This document shows positions 20,184-30,385 of a stretch of 49,792 bases of DNA, one piece after another. The DNA is from Cyanophyceae cyanobacterium. GTDB lineage: Bacteria > Cyanobacteriota > Cyanobacteriia > Cyanobacteriales > JBHJGN01. Positions within the stretch are counted from its first letter, which is position 1; each line of letters begins with the position of its first letter. Both the position numbers and the translations under genes were made by a program. The stretch is from NCBI GenBank assembly GCA_050331735.1, contig JBHJGN010000003.1, positions 1 to 49,792 of the forward strand, in the 5' to 3' direction. Below the pieces are notes generated by a model. It was not told the origin of the DNA and did not search any database. It saw only the letters and a program-made list of their open reading frames with translations.

Positions 20184-21086
20184 CTAGTCTCTCGTCGCCG
20201 GTAGCGACAAAACCCATGCTCGGATCTGGGCGTTAACCGCCTCGGGGACTTCGTCATGGGGACAATGGCCGGCCTGTAAGTAGTGTTCCGTCAGATTCGA
20301 GTAATAGGAGCGAAACTGTGCCCCCCTTTCTCTAGCGTTCATCCAAGGATCGCCTTCTCCCCACAGCAGCAACAAAGGACAGGTTAGCTGTTGGAGGAGC
20401 GTGTCAATTTTTTCTCCTTGAGGAGTTTTAAAGACAGAGGCAAAAACTTGCGGTGCTCCGCGATCGCAGGCGGGTCGGTAAATTTCTTCAACAAGCTGGT
20501 CGGTCACGGCGCTTTGGTCTAAATAAACCTGATTGAGCGTTCTCCGAATTATCCAGGGTTGCTTAACCCACTGAAACAGCAGATAGCTAGCCCACGGCTG
20601 AAGCAGAAGCGAGCGCAGGATGTTGCTCATCCCTTTTTGCCAAGAGTTGCTCTCTTGAAGTTGGCTATTGGTAAACGGTCCAGCACTGTTGAGCAAAATC
20701 AAACCCGCTGCCGCCAATGGACGCTGTGCTGCCACACATAAAGCGGCGTAGCCCCCTAAAGAATTTCCGGCTAGTACCACTGGCCGCTCGATCACCTGGG
20801 TAATAAAATCATGAAGCTGATCCCGCCACAGCTCACCGCTATACTGAAGCCCCGGTTTAGCTGAGCGTCCAAACCCAAGCAGATCGATGGCCCATACTTC
20901 AAACTCTCCTTGAAGTTCAGCAATGTTTTTACGCCAGTGATCGGTGGAAGCGCCAAACCCATGAACGAGCAGTAGCGGAGGGCTCTGCTCGTTGTTTCCG
21001 GCTTTCACGTAGTATATTGAATGTCCCCGCCACTGCCAGTAAGTACCAGGAATCGGCGCGGTTCCCGTAACTGAGGTTGCCTGCAT
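20184..21086 (-). CDS. Alpha/beta hydrolase
   Basis: VHGFGAS, DLLGFGRS, GNSLGG, WGEGD and GHCPHDE motifs. Confidence 0.93.
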   Translation of the reverse strand: MQATSVTGTAPIPGTYWQWRGHSIYYVKAGNNEQSPPLLLVHGFGASTDHWRKNIAELQGEFEVWAIDLLGFGRSAKPGLQYSGELWRDQLHDFITQVIERPVVLAGNSLGGYAALCVAAQRPLAAAGLILLNSAGPFTNSQLQESNSWQKGMSNILRSLLLQPWASYLLFQWVKQPWIIRRTLNQVYLDQSAVTDQLVEEIYRPACDRGAPQVFASVFKTPQGEKIDTLLQQLTCPLLLLWGEGDPWMNARERGAQFRSYYSNLTEHYLQAGHCPHDEVPEAVNAQIRAWVLSLPATRD

Positions 21087-21298
21087 GGTTTGAAATCGGT
21101 AGAATGTTAAGGAACGTTAACTCAATCACTCTCAACTCCGATTCTTCCTTGCGTTATTCTAGCAGTAGGTGAGAAGCCAAAATTCAAGCTAGAAACCTGA
21201 CTGTGCTGAATTTGGCTGAGTAGAAGTTGTGTCATCAAGAGCAGCTTCAAAAAGAGAGCGCGTTTGTACACACGTATATAGGTTTTAAGGAGTAAGCT

Positions 21299-21586
21299 GT
21301 GTCTGTTGAAACTCTTGAAAAGCGTTCAACGTCAACTATTCGTAAACCCGCTCCTCGCTATCGCGTTTTGCTGCATAATGACGACTTCAACACGATGGAG
21401 CATGTAGTGCAAACCCTGATGAAAACGGTAGCAGGGATGACCCAGCCTCAAGCTGTTGACATTATGATGGAAGCTCACACCAACGGCATGGCTCTCGTCA
21501 TTACCTGTGCTCTAGAGCACGCTGAATTTTATTGCCAAACTCTTAAAAGCCACGGGTTGACCAGCACGATTGAGCCAGACGAGTAG
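21299..21586 (+). CDS. clpS: Clp protease adaptor ClpS
   Basis: YRVLLHNDDFNTMEHVV...MMEAH; GTG start after AAGGAG. Confidence 0.96.
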   Translation: MSVETLEKRSTSTIRKPAPRYRVLLHNDDFNTMEHVVQTLMKTVAGMTQPQAVDIMMEAHTNGMALVITCALEHAEFYCQTLKSHGLTSTIEPDE

Positions 21587-21643
21587 AGCGCCAGTGAGCA
21601 GATTAAGCTGGCTAAACACGTTAGCCGCTGCTCCCGATTATTA

Positions 21644-22567
21644 TTGAGATTTTTGAAGCCGAAACACCATCGTCTGACCCGTTTCCCAGCACCAGTTAGG
21701 CTGGGAATTTTTGTGGTGACGCTCCTGTTGCTGTGGCTGCCTGGGGCCATCCCCGCCTATTTTCTGCTGCGTCACCCCAATACCGTGACAATTGTGACTA
21801 TGGCGTGGATGTTCATTGTTTTTCTTCTGTTGTTGCGGTTTTGGAGTCAGCAGTACGGACAGCTCTTTTTCAAGCGCTATGGTTTGGAATGGACTCGACA
21901 GAATGGGATCGACCTCCTGAAAGGACTGATGATTGGCTTAGGCTCTGTCCTGAGCCTATTTATTCTGAAGTGGAGTGCTGGCTGGATCGAGTTGGGTACT
22001 CCTTCAGCCCTAGGCAGAACTGTAGCCGAAGGACTTTTGAGTGCTGTGGGAATTGGTCTAGCCGAAGAACTGGTGTTTCGGGGGTGGTTACTTGATGAGC
22101 TACAGCAAGACTACTCTTCAAAAACGGCGCTGTGGGCCAATGCGACCATCTTTGCTCTGCTGCATTTTCTCAAGCCTTTAGAAGAGATTGTGCGGACTTG
22201 GCTACAGTTCCCCGGTCTCGTGCTGCTGGGCTTGACGCTTGTCTGGGCTAGGCGAGGACATCAGCAGAGGTTAGGAATTTGTATTGGGCTTCATGCTGGT
22301 TTGGTTTGGGGCTACTACCTTGTTGACGTTGGTCAGCTAATTGAGTCTTCAAGCTTTCCAGTGATAACGGGAATTGACGGCAATCCGCTGGCTGGATTGC
22401 TAGGGCTGACATTGTTGAGCATCTTGGCTGGGTGGAGCGCCAGAGGCGCGGGAAAAAATCCCTGTGGGACGAGGAAAGGGGAAATAGTCGCTACGCGACG
22501 GAGCAAGGGGAAGGGAAAAATGTTCTTAAGAGACGGGGAAAGAACACAGAGGTCAGAGAAAAGCTAA
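21644..22567 (+). CDS. CPBP (CAAX/Abi) intramembrane protease; last 43 aa are repeat-derived
   Basis: EELVFRG, FALLH and IGLHAG motifs; 22436-22567 lies inside repeat copy D. Confidence 0.88.
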   Translation: MRFLKPKHHRLTRFPAPVRLGIFVVTLLLLWLPGAIPAYFLLRHPNTVTIVTMAWMFIVFLLLLRFWSQQYGQLFFKRYGLEWTRQNGIDLLKGLMIGLGSVLSLFILKWSAGWIELGTPSALGRTVAEGLLSAVGIGLAEELVFRGWLLDELQQDYSSKTALWANATIFALLHFLKPLEEIVRTWLQFPGLVLLGLTLVWARRGHQQRLGICIGLHAGLVWGYYLVDVGQLIESSSFPVITGIDGNPLAGLLGLTLLSILAGWSARGAGKNPCGTRKGEIVATRRSKGKGKMFLRDGERTQRSEKS

Positions 22568-22618
22568 TTTATCCCCCTTTCCCCCTTCCCCTTTGCCCTT
22601 TTCCCGTTGCGGAGCAAC
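22437..22618 (+). repeat. Modular element, copy D
   Basis: GCGCC-aga-GGCGC, GTCGC-tac-GCGAC, core at 22540-22572, ends GTTGC-gga-GCAAC. Confidence 0.9.
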
Positions 22619-22702
22619 TTAAGTCGTCTAGGATACTCAATCATCTCCTAGGTAAGGTACAATCGGCTCCGAGCAGATCGAATACGTTACAGTGGCAAGT
22701 CA

Positions 22703-23815
22703 ATGGTTGGTTATCTTGTTTTCCTGACAATTTCTACAGGGCTGTTTGCAATTTTTGCGTTGGGGCTGAATTTGCAGTGGGGATTTACCGGACTGATTAA
22801 TTTTGGACACGTGGCTTTTCTGACCCTGGGAGCTTACGCCACTGTGCTGTTAAGCGCTCAGGGAGTGCCTTTGGTGGTGGCAGTGCTGGTGGGAGCGATG
22901 CTTGCTGCCCTGCTTGGACTGTTGATTGGAACTTCTACTCTGCGACTGCGGGAAGACTATCTAGCCATTGTGACCATTGGAGTTTCTGAACTGGTGCGTC
23001 TGGTAGCGCTCAACGAGGAATGGCTGACGCAAGGCGCTTTCGGCGTTCAGCGCTTTCCTTTACCTCTAAGTGGCTTTCAGCCGAATTTGATTGGCAAGCT
23101 AATCATGATTAGCATTCTCACCACCCTTGCCGTTTTTGCCGGGTGGCGACTGGCGCGAGGGCTGAAGAAACAACGACATCAGCAAAAAAGCCGGAAAAGT
23201 CCGCAATTGAAGTCTCTTTTGGGGCTGGTTATCTGGGGAATTATCGGTGCTGCCCTGATTTTGCTAGTCTACATCAATGGCGTGATGGCTCTGTGGAACT
23301 ATAACTACAAAGCCGGACTGATGCTGCTGGTGCTAATCGTGTTGACGGTTACCTATGGAGCCCTAGAGTTCTTGGTGCGATCGCCCTGGGGTAGAGTGCT
23401 TAAAGCGATTCGCGAGGATGAAGAAATCCCCAGAGCGCTGGGCAAAAATGTTTTTTGGTATAAGATGCAGGCATTCATGCTCGGTGGTGCGATCGCCGGT
23501 CTTGCTGGCGCTTTCTTTGCTTGGCAGCTCACCACCGTTTACCCGACTAATTTCGATCCCCTCGTCACCTTCAACGCCTGGACAATTGTGGTGCTAGGAG
23601 GAGCAGGCAGCAATACCGGCACCATCTTAGGAGCCGTCATTTTTTGGGCTTACGATGCGCTCACGCGCTTTATTCTGCCGGAGCTTGGGTTAGTAGACAA
23701 CGCCCAAGCTGGCGCATTTAGGATTATGGTCATCGGCTTAATTTTGATGGGTCTGATGGTGTGGCGACCGCAAGGTATTTTAGGAAATAAGGAAGAACTG
23801 TCGCTGGGTAAGTGA
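22703..23815 (+). CDS. natC: Neutral/branched-chain amino acid ABC permease (LivM-like)
   Basis: GLNLQWGFTGLINFGH, RLREDYLAIVT, SPWGRVLKAIREDE and RPQGILG motifs. Confidence 0.88.
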   Translation: MVGYLVFLTISTGLFAIFALGLNLQWGFTGLINFGHVAFLTLGAYATVLLSAQGVPLVVAVLVGAMLAALLGLLIGTSTLRLREDYLAIVTIGVSELVRLVALNEEWLTQGAFGVQRFPLPLSGFQPNLIGKLIMISILTTLAVFAGWRLARGLKKQRHQQKSRKSPQLKSLLGLVIWGIIGAALILLVYINGVMALWNYNYKAGLMLLVLIVLTVTYGALEFLVRSPWGRVLKAIREDEEIPRALGKNVFWYKMQAFMLGGAIAGLAGAFFAWQLTTVYPTNFDPLVTFNAWTIVVLGGAGSNTGTILGAVIFWAYDALTRFILPELGLVDNAQAGAFRIMVIGLILMGLMVWRPQGILGNKEELSLGK

Positions 23816-24041
23816 GTCGCATTCGCGACGGGAAAAGGAGAAGCGCCACCGGCGCAGGGAAAAGGGGAAGGGGGAAAGTTGCTCCGCAACGGGAAAAGGG
23901 GAAGGGGGAAAGGGGAAAGGAAGAATAAATCAGCTTAGTTTTTAGTCTTGTGTTCTTTTCCCGTCCCGCTAGGGACAAATTTCCCTTTCCCCCTTCCCCG
24001 TCCCGCAGGGACAGTTTTCCCCTTCCCCGTTCCGGAGGAAC
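23816..24041 (-). repeat. Modular element, copy E
   Basis: Begins right after the natC TGA; six hairpins; reverse-oriented core at 23925-23957. Confidence 0.9.
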
Positions 24042-24069
24042 TTCATTCTATTAACGATGGAAGAAACTA

Positions 24070-24837
24070 ATGACAAATGATACTCCCCTGCTGACGGCTA
24101 GCGGTTTATCTAAGAGCTTTGGCGGTGTTCGAGCCGTTGACGATGCTCAAATCAGTGTAGAGAAGGGCAGCATTACCGGATTGATTGGCCCCAATGGGGC
24201 GGGGAAAACGACCCTGTTTAATCTGCTCTCAAATTTTATTCGTCCCGATAAGGGACAGGTGATCTTCGATGGGGAACCGATTCATCACCTAGAGTCCTAT
24301 CAAATTGCTCAGCAGGGGTTTGTGCGGACGTTCCAGGTGGCGCGAGTGCTTTCCCGGCTGTCGGTGCTGGAAAATATGCTGCTGGCAACTCCTAAACAAA
24401 CCGGGGAAAATCTGTTTCAGGTGTGGGTGAAGCGGCAACAGATTCGCAGCGAAGAACGCCAAAGCCGAGAACAGGCTCTGGCGATTTTAGAATCTGTTGG
24501 GCTAGCAGCGAAGGCACAAGATTACGCCGGAGCGCTATCTGGAGGACAGCGCAAGCTGTTGGAAATTGCGCGAGCCATGATGACGTATCCAAAACTGATT
24601 TTGCTCGACGAGCCAGCAGCGGGAGTCAATCCCACGCTCATCGGTCAAATTTGCGAACACATTACAGACTGGAATCGCGAAGGCATTTCTTTTTTGATCA
24701 TTGAGCACAACATGGACGTCATCATGACCCTATGCGATCGCGTCTGGGTTTTAGCCGAAGGACGCAACTTAGCTGACGGCACCCCGCGAGAAATTCAGAA
24801 AAACGCTCAGGTACTAGAAGCGTATCTAGGGGAGTAG
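24070..24837 (+). CDS. natA: Neutral amino acid ABC ATP-binding protein (LivG-like)
   Basis: GPNGAGKT, RTFQ, LSGGQ, LLDEPAAG, IEHNM and EAYLG motifs. Confidence 0.88.
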   Translation: MTNDTPLLTASGLSKSFGGVRAVDDAQISVEKGSITGLIGPNGAGKTTLFNLLSNFIRPDKGQVIFDGEPIHHLESYQIAQQGFVRTFQVARVLSRLSVLENMLLATPKQTGENLFQVWVKRQQIRSEERQSREQALAILESVGLAAKAQDYAGALSGGQRKLLEIARAMMTYPKLILLDEPAAGVNPTLIGQICEHITDWNREGISFLIIEHNMDVIMTLCDRVWVLAEGRNLADGTPREIQKNAQVLEAYLGE

Positions 24838-25034
24838 CGCCGTAGGGAAAGCGCCGTTGGCGCGGGGAAAGGGGAAGGGGGAAAGGGAGATGAATTAGCT
24901 TTTCTCTGACCCCTGTGTTCTTTCCCCGTCCCGGAGGGACAATTTCCCCCTTCCCCGTCGCGGAGGGACAGTTTTCCCTTTCCCCTTTCCCCGTCCCGGA
25001 GGGACAATTTCCCCCTTCCCCGTCGCGGAGCGAC
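24837..25034 (-). repeat. Modular element, copy F
   Basis: Starts at the G of the natA TAG; reverse core at 24890-24922; exact 45 bp duplication at 24921-24965 and 24986-25030. Confidence 0.9.
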
Positions 25035-25064
25035 TAAGGGCTATGTTGAATTCCAAAGAGTTAA

Positions 25065-25739
25065 ATGACTATAGTTTTAACTAACGATGACGGTATCGAT
25101 GCACCGGGCATTCGCGCTCTTCAGAAGGCTGTAGGGGAGAGCATCATCGTGGCTCCGAAGCATCACCTTTCAGGCTGCGGACACCAGGTAACAACGGCTC
25201 AGCCAATTGAGGTGCAAACTCGTTCAGCACGAGAGTACGCCGTAGACGGCACTCCAGCAGACTGTACGCGCTTGGCGGTTACCCAGTTGTGCGATCGCGT
25301 GAAGTGGGTGCTGTCTGGCATTAATGCTGGCGGCAATTTGGGAGTAGATGTGTACATCTCTGGGACGGTGGCGGCGGTGCGAGAAGCCGCCATGCACAGC
25401 GTTCCAGGAATTGCCATTTCTCACTGGATTAAAAGACCGCTGCTGCTTGATTGGGAAGTGGCCACTAAAAGAGCGGCTAAAGTATTGGCAGAACTCTATA
25501 GTCGCCCGCTTCCTCCGGGCAGCTTTTGGAACGTTAATCTCCCTCACCTCGAACCAGAGGCGGCTGAGCCGAAAATTGTGTTTTGCGAACCGAGTACGCA
25601 ACCGCTTCCGGTTGATTACCGAGTGGAGGGCAATCGCTATCAATATCAAGGAGAGTACGCGAACAGGAAGCGCCAGACCGGAACGGATGTGGACGTTTGT
25701 TTTTCTGGCAATATTGCCGTGACGCTCATTCGGCTCTAG
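25065..25739 (+). CDS. surE: 5'/3'-nucleotidase SurE
   Basis: LTNDDGIDAPG, GTPADC, SGINAGGN and SGTVAA motifs. Confidence 0.95.
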   Translation: MTIVLTNDDGIDAPGIRALQKAVGESIIVAPKHHLSGCGHQVTTAQPIEVQTRSAREYAVDGTPADCTRLAVTQLCDRVKWVLSGINAGGNLGVDVYISGTVAAVREAAMHSVPGIAISHWIKRPLLLDWEVATKRAAKVLAELYSRPLPPGSFWNVNLPHLEPEAAEPKIVFCEPSTQPLPVDYRVEGNRYQYQGEYANRKRQTGTDVDVCFSGNIAVTLIRL

Positions 25740-25832
25740 GGCTAGTTGGACAGCGTTTACTGCCTGTATCTGATGTTCATTCGCCTATAATTGGTTCAAA
25801 TTGTTGTTGCTCTTACTTGAACCTGTTGCCCA

Positions 25833-28800
25833 ATGTTTCTGAAGTCTAGCCCACTAGAGTTAAAGAAAGCCCCGTCGTCTGCTGGCATTTCTTTGACCGC
25901 GATTCTGAGTCTTGCTTCGGTCGCGATTAGTATCTCCTCCGTCGCCTTAGTCAGTAGTTTACAGATTTGGCTAGATTATCAAACTCAAAAGCGTTTAGTC
26001 CGCCAGCAACAGTTAACAATTGCCGTCGAAGTTGCCTCAGAAGTGGAGCATACCTTCGAGCAGGCTATTAACGTTGTGAAGGCGAAAGCGCTAACGGAAC
26101 AGCCCTTAACAGAATCAGCAAGCAGACGACAATTAATGCTTAAACATCTGCTTCATCTAGAAGCTAACTTTGAAGAGGTAGCGCTTCTCGATAGCCGGGG
26201 GCAAGAGCTCAATAAAGTTTCTCGTTCGAGAGAACAAGAGTCAGTAAATTTGCACAACTACCAAAATTCTGAACTTTATCGTCGGATTAGTCGCCAGCAG
26301 GTTTACATTGGTTCAGTGCGCACTGAACCCAATCAAGAAAAACCGCTGTTAACGGTTGCTGTGCCAATTGTTGATGATTTCCGAGTGTATGGAGCGATCA
26401 TCGCTCAACTCGATTTGTCATTTTTACAGAAGCTTGTCGATTCTCGCCAACTTGGACAAACGGGCGCAACTTACCTCGTCGATCGTCGCAGCAAAGTCGT
26501 TTTTTCTCAAAGCAATGAACCCATTCCCGCCGCGTCTGAACTTTTACTTCCCTCTGATATGCGCACAAACACGGGTCGACCCGCGTTTAGGATCGGAGAA
26601 GGAATTAATGCTCCGCTTGCGCTGACAACCTATGCTCCTCTAAAAATATCTGAAAAAATTTTTGACCTGAGCCTAATCATTGAAGTTCCGGTTAAAGAAG
26701 CCTATGCGCCAATTTTTCGCAAGCTGGCATTGTTAGTTGGCGGGTCGGTGTTGGTGATGGTGGGGGCTGTTCTGGCTGGAGTCTATCTAGCTCGTCGCTT
26801 GATGCAACCGCTACAGCAGTTAACCACTACAGCCGCTCATATTGCAGATGGCGAACTTGGATGGCAGGCTTCAGCAGGAGGAACAGCGGAAGTTTCTAGA
26901 TTAGCGGAGGCGTTTAACCGCATGACCGCTCGGCTGCGAAACTCAATTCAGTCGTTAGAGGAGCAAGTAGCAGAACGAACGCAGAAGCTAACAGACGCGA
27001 ATCGCCACCTTCAGCAGGAGATTGGCGATCGCCAGCAAATAGAAATAGACCTGCGTCACTCTCAGGCTAAGCTAGCCAGAATTTTCAGCTTTAGTCCCGG
27101 TCCGATCGGCATTGCCACCCTAGATGGAAGATACGTTGAGGTCAACGAAAGCTTTTCGACTCTGCTGGGCTATACTCGCTCCGAGATTATCGGGCGCACG
27201 TCTGTTGAACTGGAAATTTGGGAAAGCGACAAAGAACGTCAGCAATTCGTGCGACAGCTACAGGAGAAAAAGAAGATTACCAACCGAGAGGTCAACGTTC
27301 GTACCAAGTTAGGACAGCGGAAAACGGTACTGTTTTCTATGGAGTTGATTGAGTTGGACAATCAGCTCTGTACCTTGGGCGTTGCTGTAGATATTACCAA
27401 GCGCAAGCGGCTTGAAGAAGACCTCAAGCAGAGCGAAGAACGCTGGCAGCTAGCCCTGCAAGGAACCAACGACGGGATTTGGGACTGGAATATTGCTCGC
27501 AACCAAATCTTCTACTCAATCCAGTGGAAGAATATGCTGGGCTATGTAGAGCATGAGTTTGCTAATTGCAAAAGCGAATGGGAAAGCCGACTGCACCCAG
27601 AAGATCGAGAACGAGTCTTGCAGGCAACCCAAGCCCATCTCCGCAGGGAAACACTATTTTATGCAGAAGAATATCGTCTGCGCTGCAAAGACGGAAACTA
27701 TAAGTGGATTCTCGATCGCGGACAAGCGCTGTGGGATGAGGCTGGCAATCCGACCCGAATGGTCGGCTCCCACGCTGATATTACCGAGCGCAAGCAGGCT
27801 GAAGCAACAATTCACCAGCAAGAGCAGTTTCTGCGCAGCGTTTATGAGGGGGTGGAGGCGGGTATTTTTATTGTGGACGTATTGGGAGAGCGGCAATTTC
27901 GCTATGCTGGCTCCAATGCCACCCACGAGCGCATGTCCGGCATTGATAGAGCTGCTTTACTCGATGCAACGCCGGAAACCCTGTTGGAGCCTGAAACTGC
28001 CGCCGCCGTGATGAAGCAGTACCAGGCGTGTATAGATTCCAGGGAACGGCTAACCTACGAGGAACGGTTGCTCATTCATAATCGGGTGACTTGGTGGCTC
28101 ACGACCCTTACTCCTTTGCAGGATAGCCAAGGGCGAATTTTCCGACTGCTCGGCACTACTCTAGATTTGTCAGAGCGCAAAGCAGCAGAAGAAGCCCTAG
28201 CCAGACAGTTCCACAGACAGCAGTTGCTCTCTAGTATTACTAACCAGATTCGCCAGAGTCTCGACATTCAGGCGATTTATCAAACCACCGTGGCTGAAAT
28301 TGGTCGTGCTTTTAACGTCAGCCGCTGTAGTCTACACGTTCTCGTTGAGCCTTCTAACCCCAATATTCTGACGGCTGCGGAGTACCTTGTTTCTGGCTAT
28401 GCTTCTATGCAGCAGGCGGAAGTCCCTTTCAATGCTTACGCTCAGGCTCTATTGGAGCGAGACTGGGCGATCGCTACCTACGATATCTATCGTGAATTTT
28501 GGCTAAAACCTGTGCTTGATATCTGTGAACAGTTTCAAATCAAGTCGTTACTGACAATCCGGACATCCTATCGCGGAAAACCGAATGGTATCATTTCCCT
28601 ACACCAGTGCGATCGCCAGCGCCACTGGAGTACGGAGGACATTGAACTGATTGAATCGGTTGCCGCTCAGGTTGGCATTGCCATCTCTCAGGCGACCCTC
28701 CTCGAACAAGAACACGCTCAGCGACAGGAACTCGCTCAGAAAAATACTGACTTAGAAGCGGCAAGACAGGTGGCAGAGCAGGCTAACCGCGTTAAAAGCG

Positions 28801-30149
28801 AGTTTTTGGCCAACATGAGCCACGAATTGCGTACGCCCCTCAACGCCATTCTTGGCTTTACTCAGATTATGCAGCGAGATGCTACTTTGAGTTCAGAACA
28901 GGGGACCAACCTAGATATTATCAGCAACAGCGGTCATCATCTGCTGGGACTGATCAACGACATTTTGGATATGTCTAAAATTGAGGCAGGCCGAATCATC
29001 CTAAACAAAAGTAGCTTCGATCTCTACTATCTCCTCGATGCTCTCAAAGAAATGATGCAGATTAAAGCCTCGGCCAAAGGCTTACAGCTTCTGGTCCAGC
29101 GATCGCCTGACGTTCCTCAGTACATTCAAACCGATGAAAGCAAGCTACGCCAGGTGTTAGTGAATCTACTCAGTAATGCGGTTAAGTTTACTGAATCCGG
29201 CTGCATAACGGTACAGGTGAGTCATAACCAATGTTCTGCGACCGATATGTGCTTTAGCGTTGCCGATACCGGAGCGGGAATTGAGCCAGAGGCATTGGAA
29301 ACCATTTTCGAGCCGTTTATTCAAAGCAAAACAGGACGGCAAGCTCAGTCGGGAACGGGCCTCGGGCTGCCGATTAGCCGTAAATTTGTGCAGTTGATGG
29401 GAGGAGATTTATCCGTTAGCAGCACTCCTGGTCAAGGCTCAGTGTTTAGCTTCACCATTCAAATCGCTCCAGCGCAGTCCGTCGCCCACGCTCAGCGCCC
29501 GCGCCGAGTCGTTGGCATTGCCCCCCATCAGCCTTACCGCATCCTTGTCGTAGAAGATACCTGGGAAAGCCGGAAGCTGCTGGTCAAGCTGCTCGAACCG
29601 CTGGGTTTTGCCGTTAAAGAAGCGACCAACGGCGAAGAAGCGATCGCTATCTGGGAAAGCTGGCAACCCCATCTAGTCTGGATGGATATGCGGATGCCCG
29701 TGATGGACGGCTATGAAGCAACGCGGCGGATTAAAGCTCATCTTCGCGGGCAGGCCACGGCGATTATCGCGCTGACGGCTAGCGCCCTAGAGCAGGAGAG
29801 AGCCGTTGTGCTATTAGCAGGCTGCGATGATTTTGTTCGCAAGCCTTTCCGGGAAGAGGAACTGTTTGCCAAGATGTCTGAGCATTTGGGCGTACAGTAT
29901 CTCTACGAAGAGCCATCTCCAGTTCCTACAGCGGAGCCGTCGTCCGGTGATTGGCAGGCCATCGAGCAAATGCCGACCGAATGGCGATCGCAACTGCAAC
30001 AGGCGGCGACAACGGCTGACAGCGAATGGCTCTTGCAGTTGATTCAGCAAATTCCGCCCGAGCATCAGCTTTTAGCGAGTGCTTTAACTGATTTAGTTCA
30101 CAATTTTCGCTTCGACCGAGTTATGGAGTTAGCCGATCTGGTAAGCTAA
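25833..30149 (+). CDS. Hybrid sensor histidine kinase (TM-Cache-TM-HAMP-3xPAS-GAF-HisKA-HATPase-REC)
   Basis: LAEAFNRM (HAMP), PAS/PAC repeats, FLANMSHELRTPLN, NAVKFT, GTGLGL and WMDMRMP motifs. Confidence 0.95.
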   Translation: MFLKSSPLELKKAPSSAGISLTAILSLASVAISISSVALVSSLQIWLDYQTQKRLVRQQQLTIAVEVASEVEHTFEQAINVVKAKALTEQPLTESASRRQLMLKHLLHLEANFEEVALLDSRGQELNKVSRSREQESVNLHNYQNSELYRRISRQQVYIGSVRTEPNQEKPLLTVAVPIVDDFRVYGAIIAQLDLSFLQKLVDSRQLGQTGATYLVDRRSKVVFSQSNEPIPAASELLLPSDMRTNTGRPAFRIGEGINAPLALTTYAPLKISEKIFDLSLIIEVPVKEAYAPIFRKLALLVGGSVLVMVGAVLAGVYLARRLMQPLQQLTTTAAHIADGELGWQASAGGTAEVSRLAEAFNRMTARLRNSIQSLEEQVAERTQKLTDANRHLQQEIGDRQQIEIDLRHSQAKLARIFSFSPGPIGIATLDGRYVEVNESFSTLLGYTRSEIIGRTSVELEIWESDKERQQFVRQLQEKKKITNREVNVRTKLGQRKTVLFSMELIELDNQLCTLGVAVDITKRKRLEEDLKQSEERWQLALQGTNDGIWDWNIARNQIFYSIQWKNMLGYVEHEFANCKSEWESRLHPEDRERVLQATQAHLRRETLFYAEEYRLRCKDGNYKWILDRGQALWDEAGNPTRMVGSHADITERKQAEATIHQQEQFLRSVYEGVEAGIFIVDVLGERQFRYAGSNATHERMSGIDRAALLDATPETLLEPETAAAVMKQYQACIDSRERLTYEERLLIHNRVTWWLTTLTPLQDSQGRIFRLLGTTLDLSERKAAEEALARQFHRQQLLSSITNQIRQSLDIQAIYQTTVAEIGRAFNVSRCSLHVLVEPSNPNILTAAEYLVSGYASMQQAEVPFNAYAQALLERDWAIATYDIYREFWLKPVLDICEQFQIKSLLTIRTSYRGKPNGIISLHQCDRQRHWSTEDIELIESVAAQVGIAISQATLLEQEHAQRQELAQKNTDLEAARQVAEQANRVKSEFLANMSHELRTPLNAILGFTQIMQRDATLSSEQGTNLDIISNSGHHLLGLINDILDMSKIEAGRIILNKSSFDLYYLLDALKEMMQIKASAKGLQLLVQRSPDVPQYIQTDESKLRQVLVNLLSNAVKFTESGCITVQVSHNQCSATDMCFSVADTGAGIEPEALETIFEPFIQSKTGRQAQSGTGLGLPISRKFVQLMGGDLSVSSTPGQGSVFSFTIQIAPAQSVAHAQRPRRVVGIAPHQPYRILVVEDTWESRKLLVKLLEPLGFAVKEATNGEEAIAIWESWQPHLVWMDMRMPVMDGYEATRRIKAHLRGQATAIIALTASALEQERAVVLLAGCDDFVRKPFREEELFAKMSEHLGVQYLYEEPSPVPTAEPSSGDWQAIEQMPTEWRSQLQQAATTADSEWLLQLIQQIPPEHQLLASALTDLVHNFRFDRVMELADLVS

Positions 30150-30385
30150 TAAATTATTGATCGTCTTACCTAAAATAGTTACCTGTAAACATCTATTTTA
30201 AGTAAAATCTAGGCATTCTGCGTTAAAAACAATCAAAATTAGCCTTGCTGTAAATCCTCCAGAAATGCTTGAGTAAGCATGGATAAACCAGAAAAAAGGA
30301 TTTTTAGCTATTTGTAAAGAACCAAGTATTGTCGGGAGATATCGTGCTTAGTCATCTATACGGTCAATTACTGCCTCTCTAATTT

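Noticed and set aside
22437..25034. CRISPR array interpretation of the clustered repeats
   Set aside because: There are no constant repeats separated by unique equal-length spacers and no cas genes; the units are low-complexity and dispersed.
28200..28700. GAF domain as a cyanobacteriochrome photosensor
   Set aside because: No recognisable DxCF/CH bilin-binding motif.
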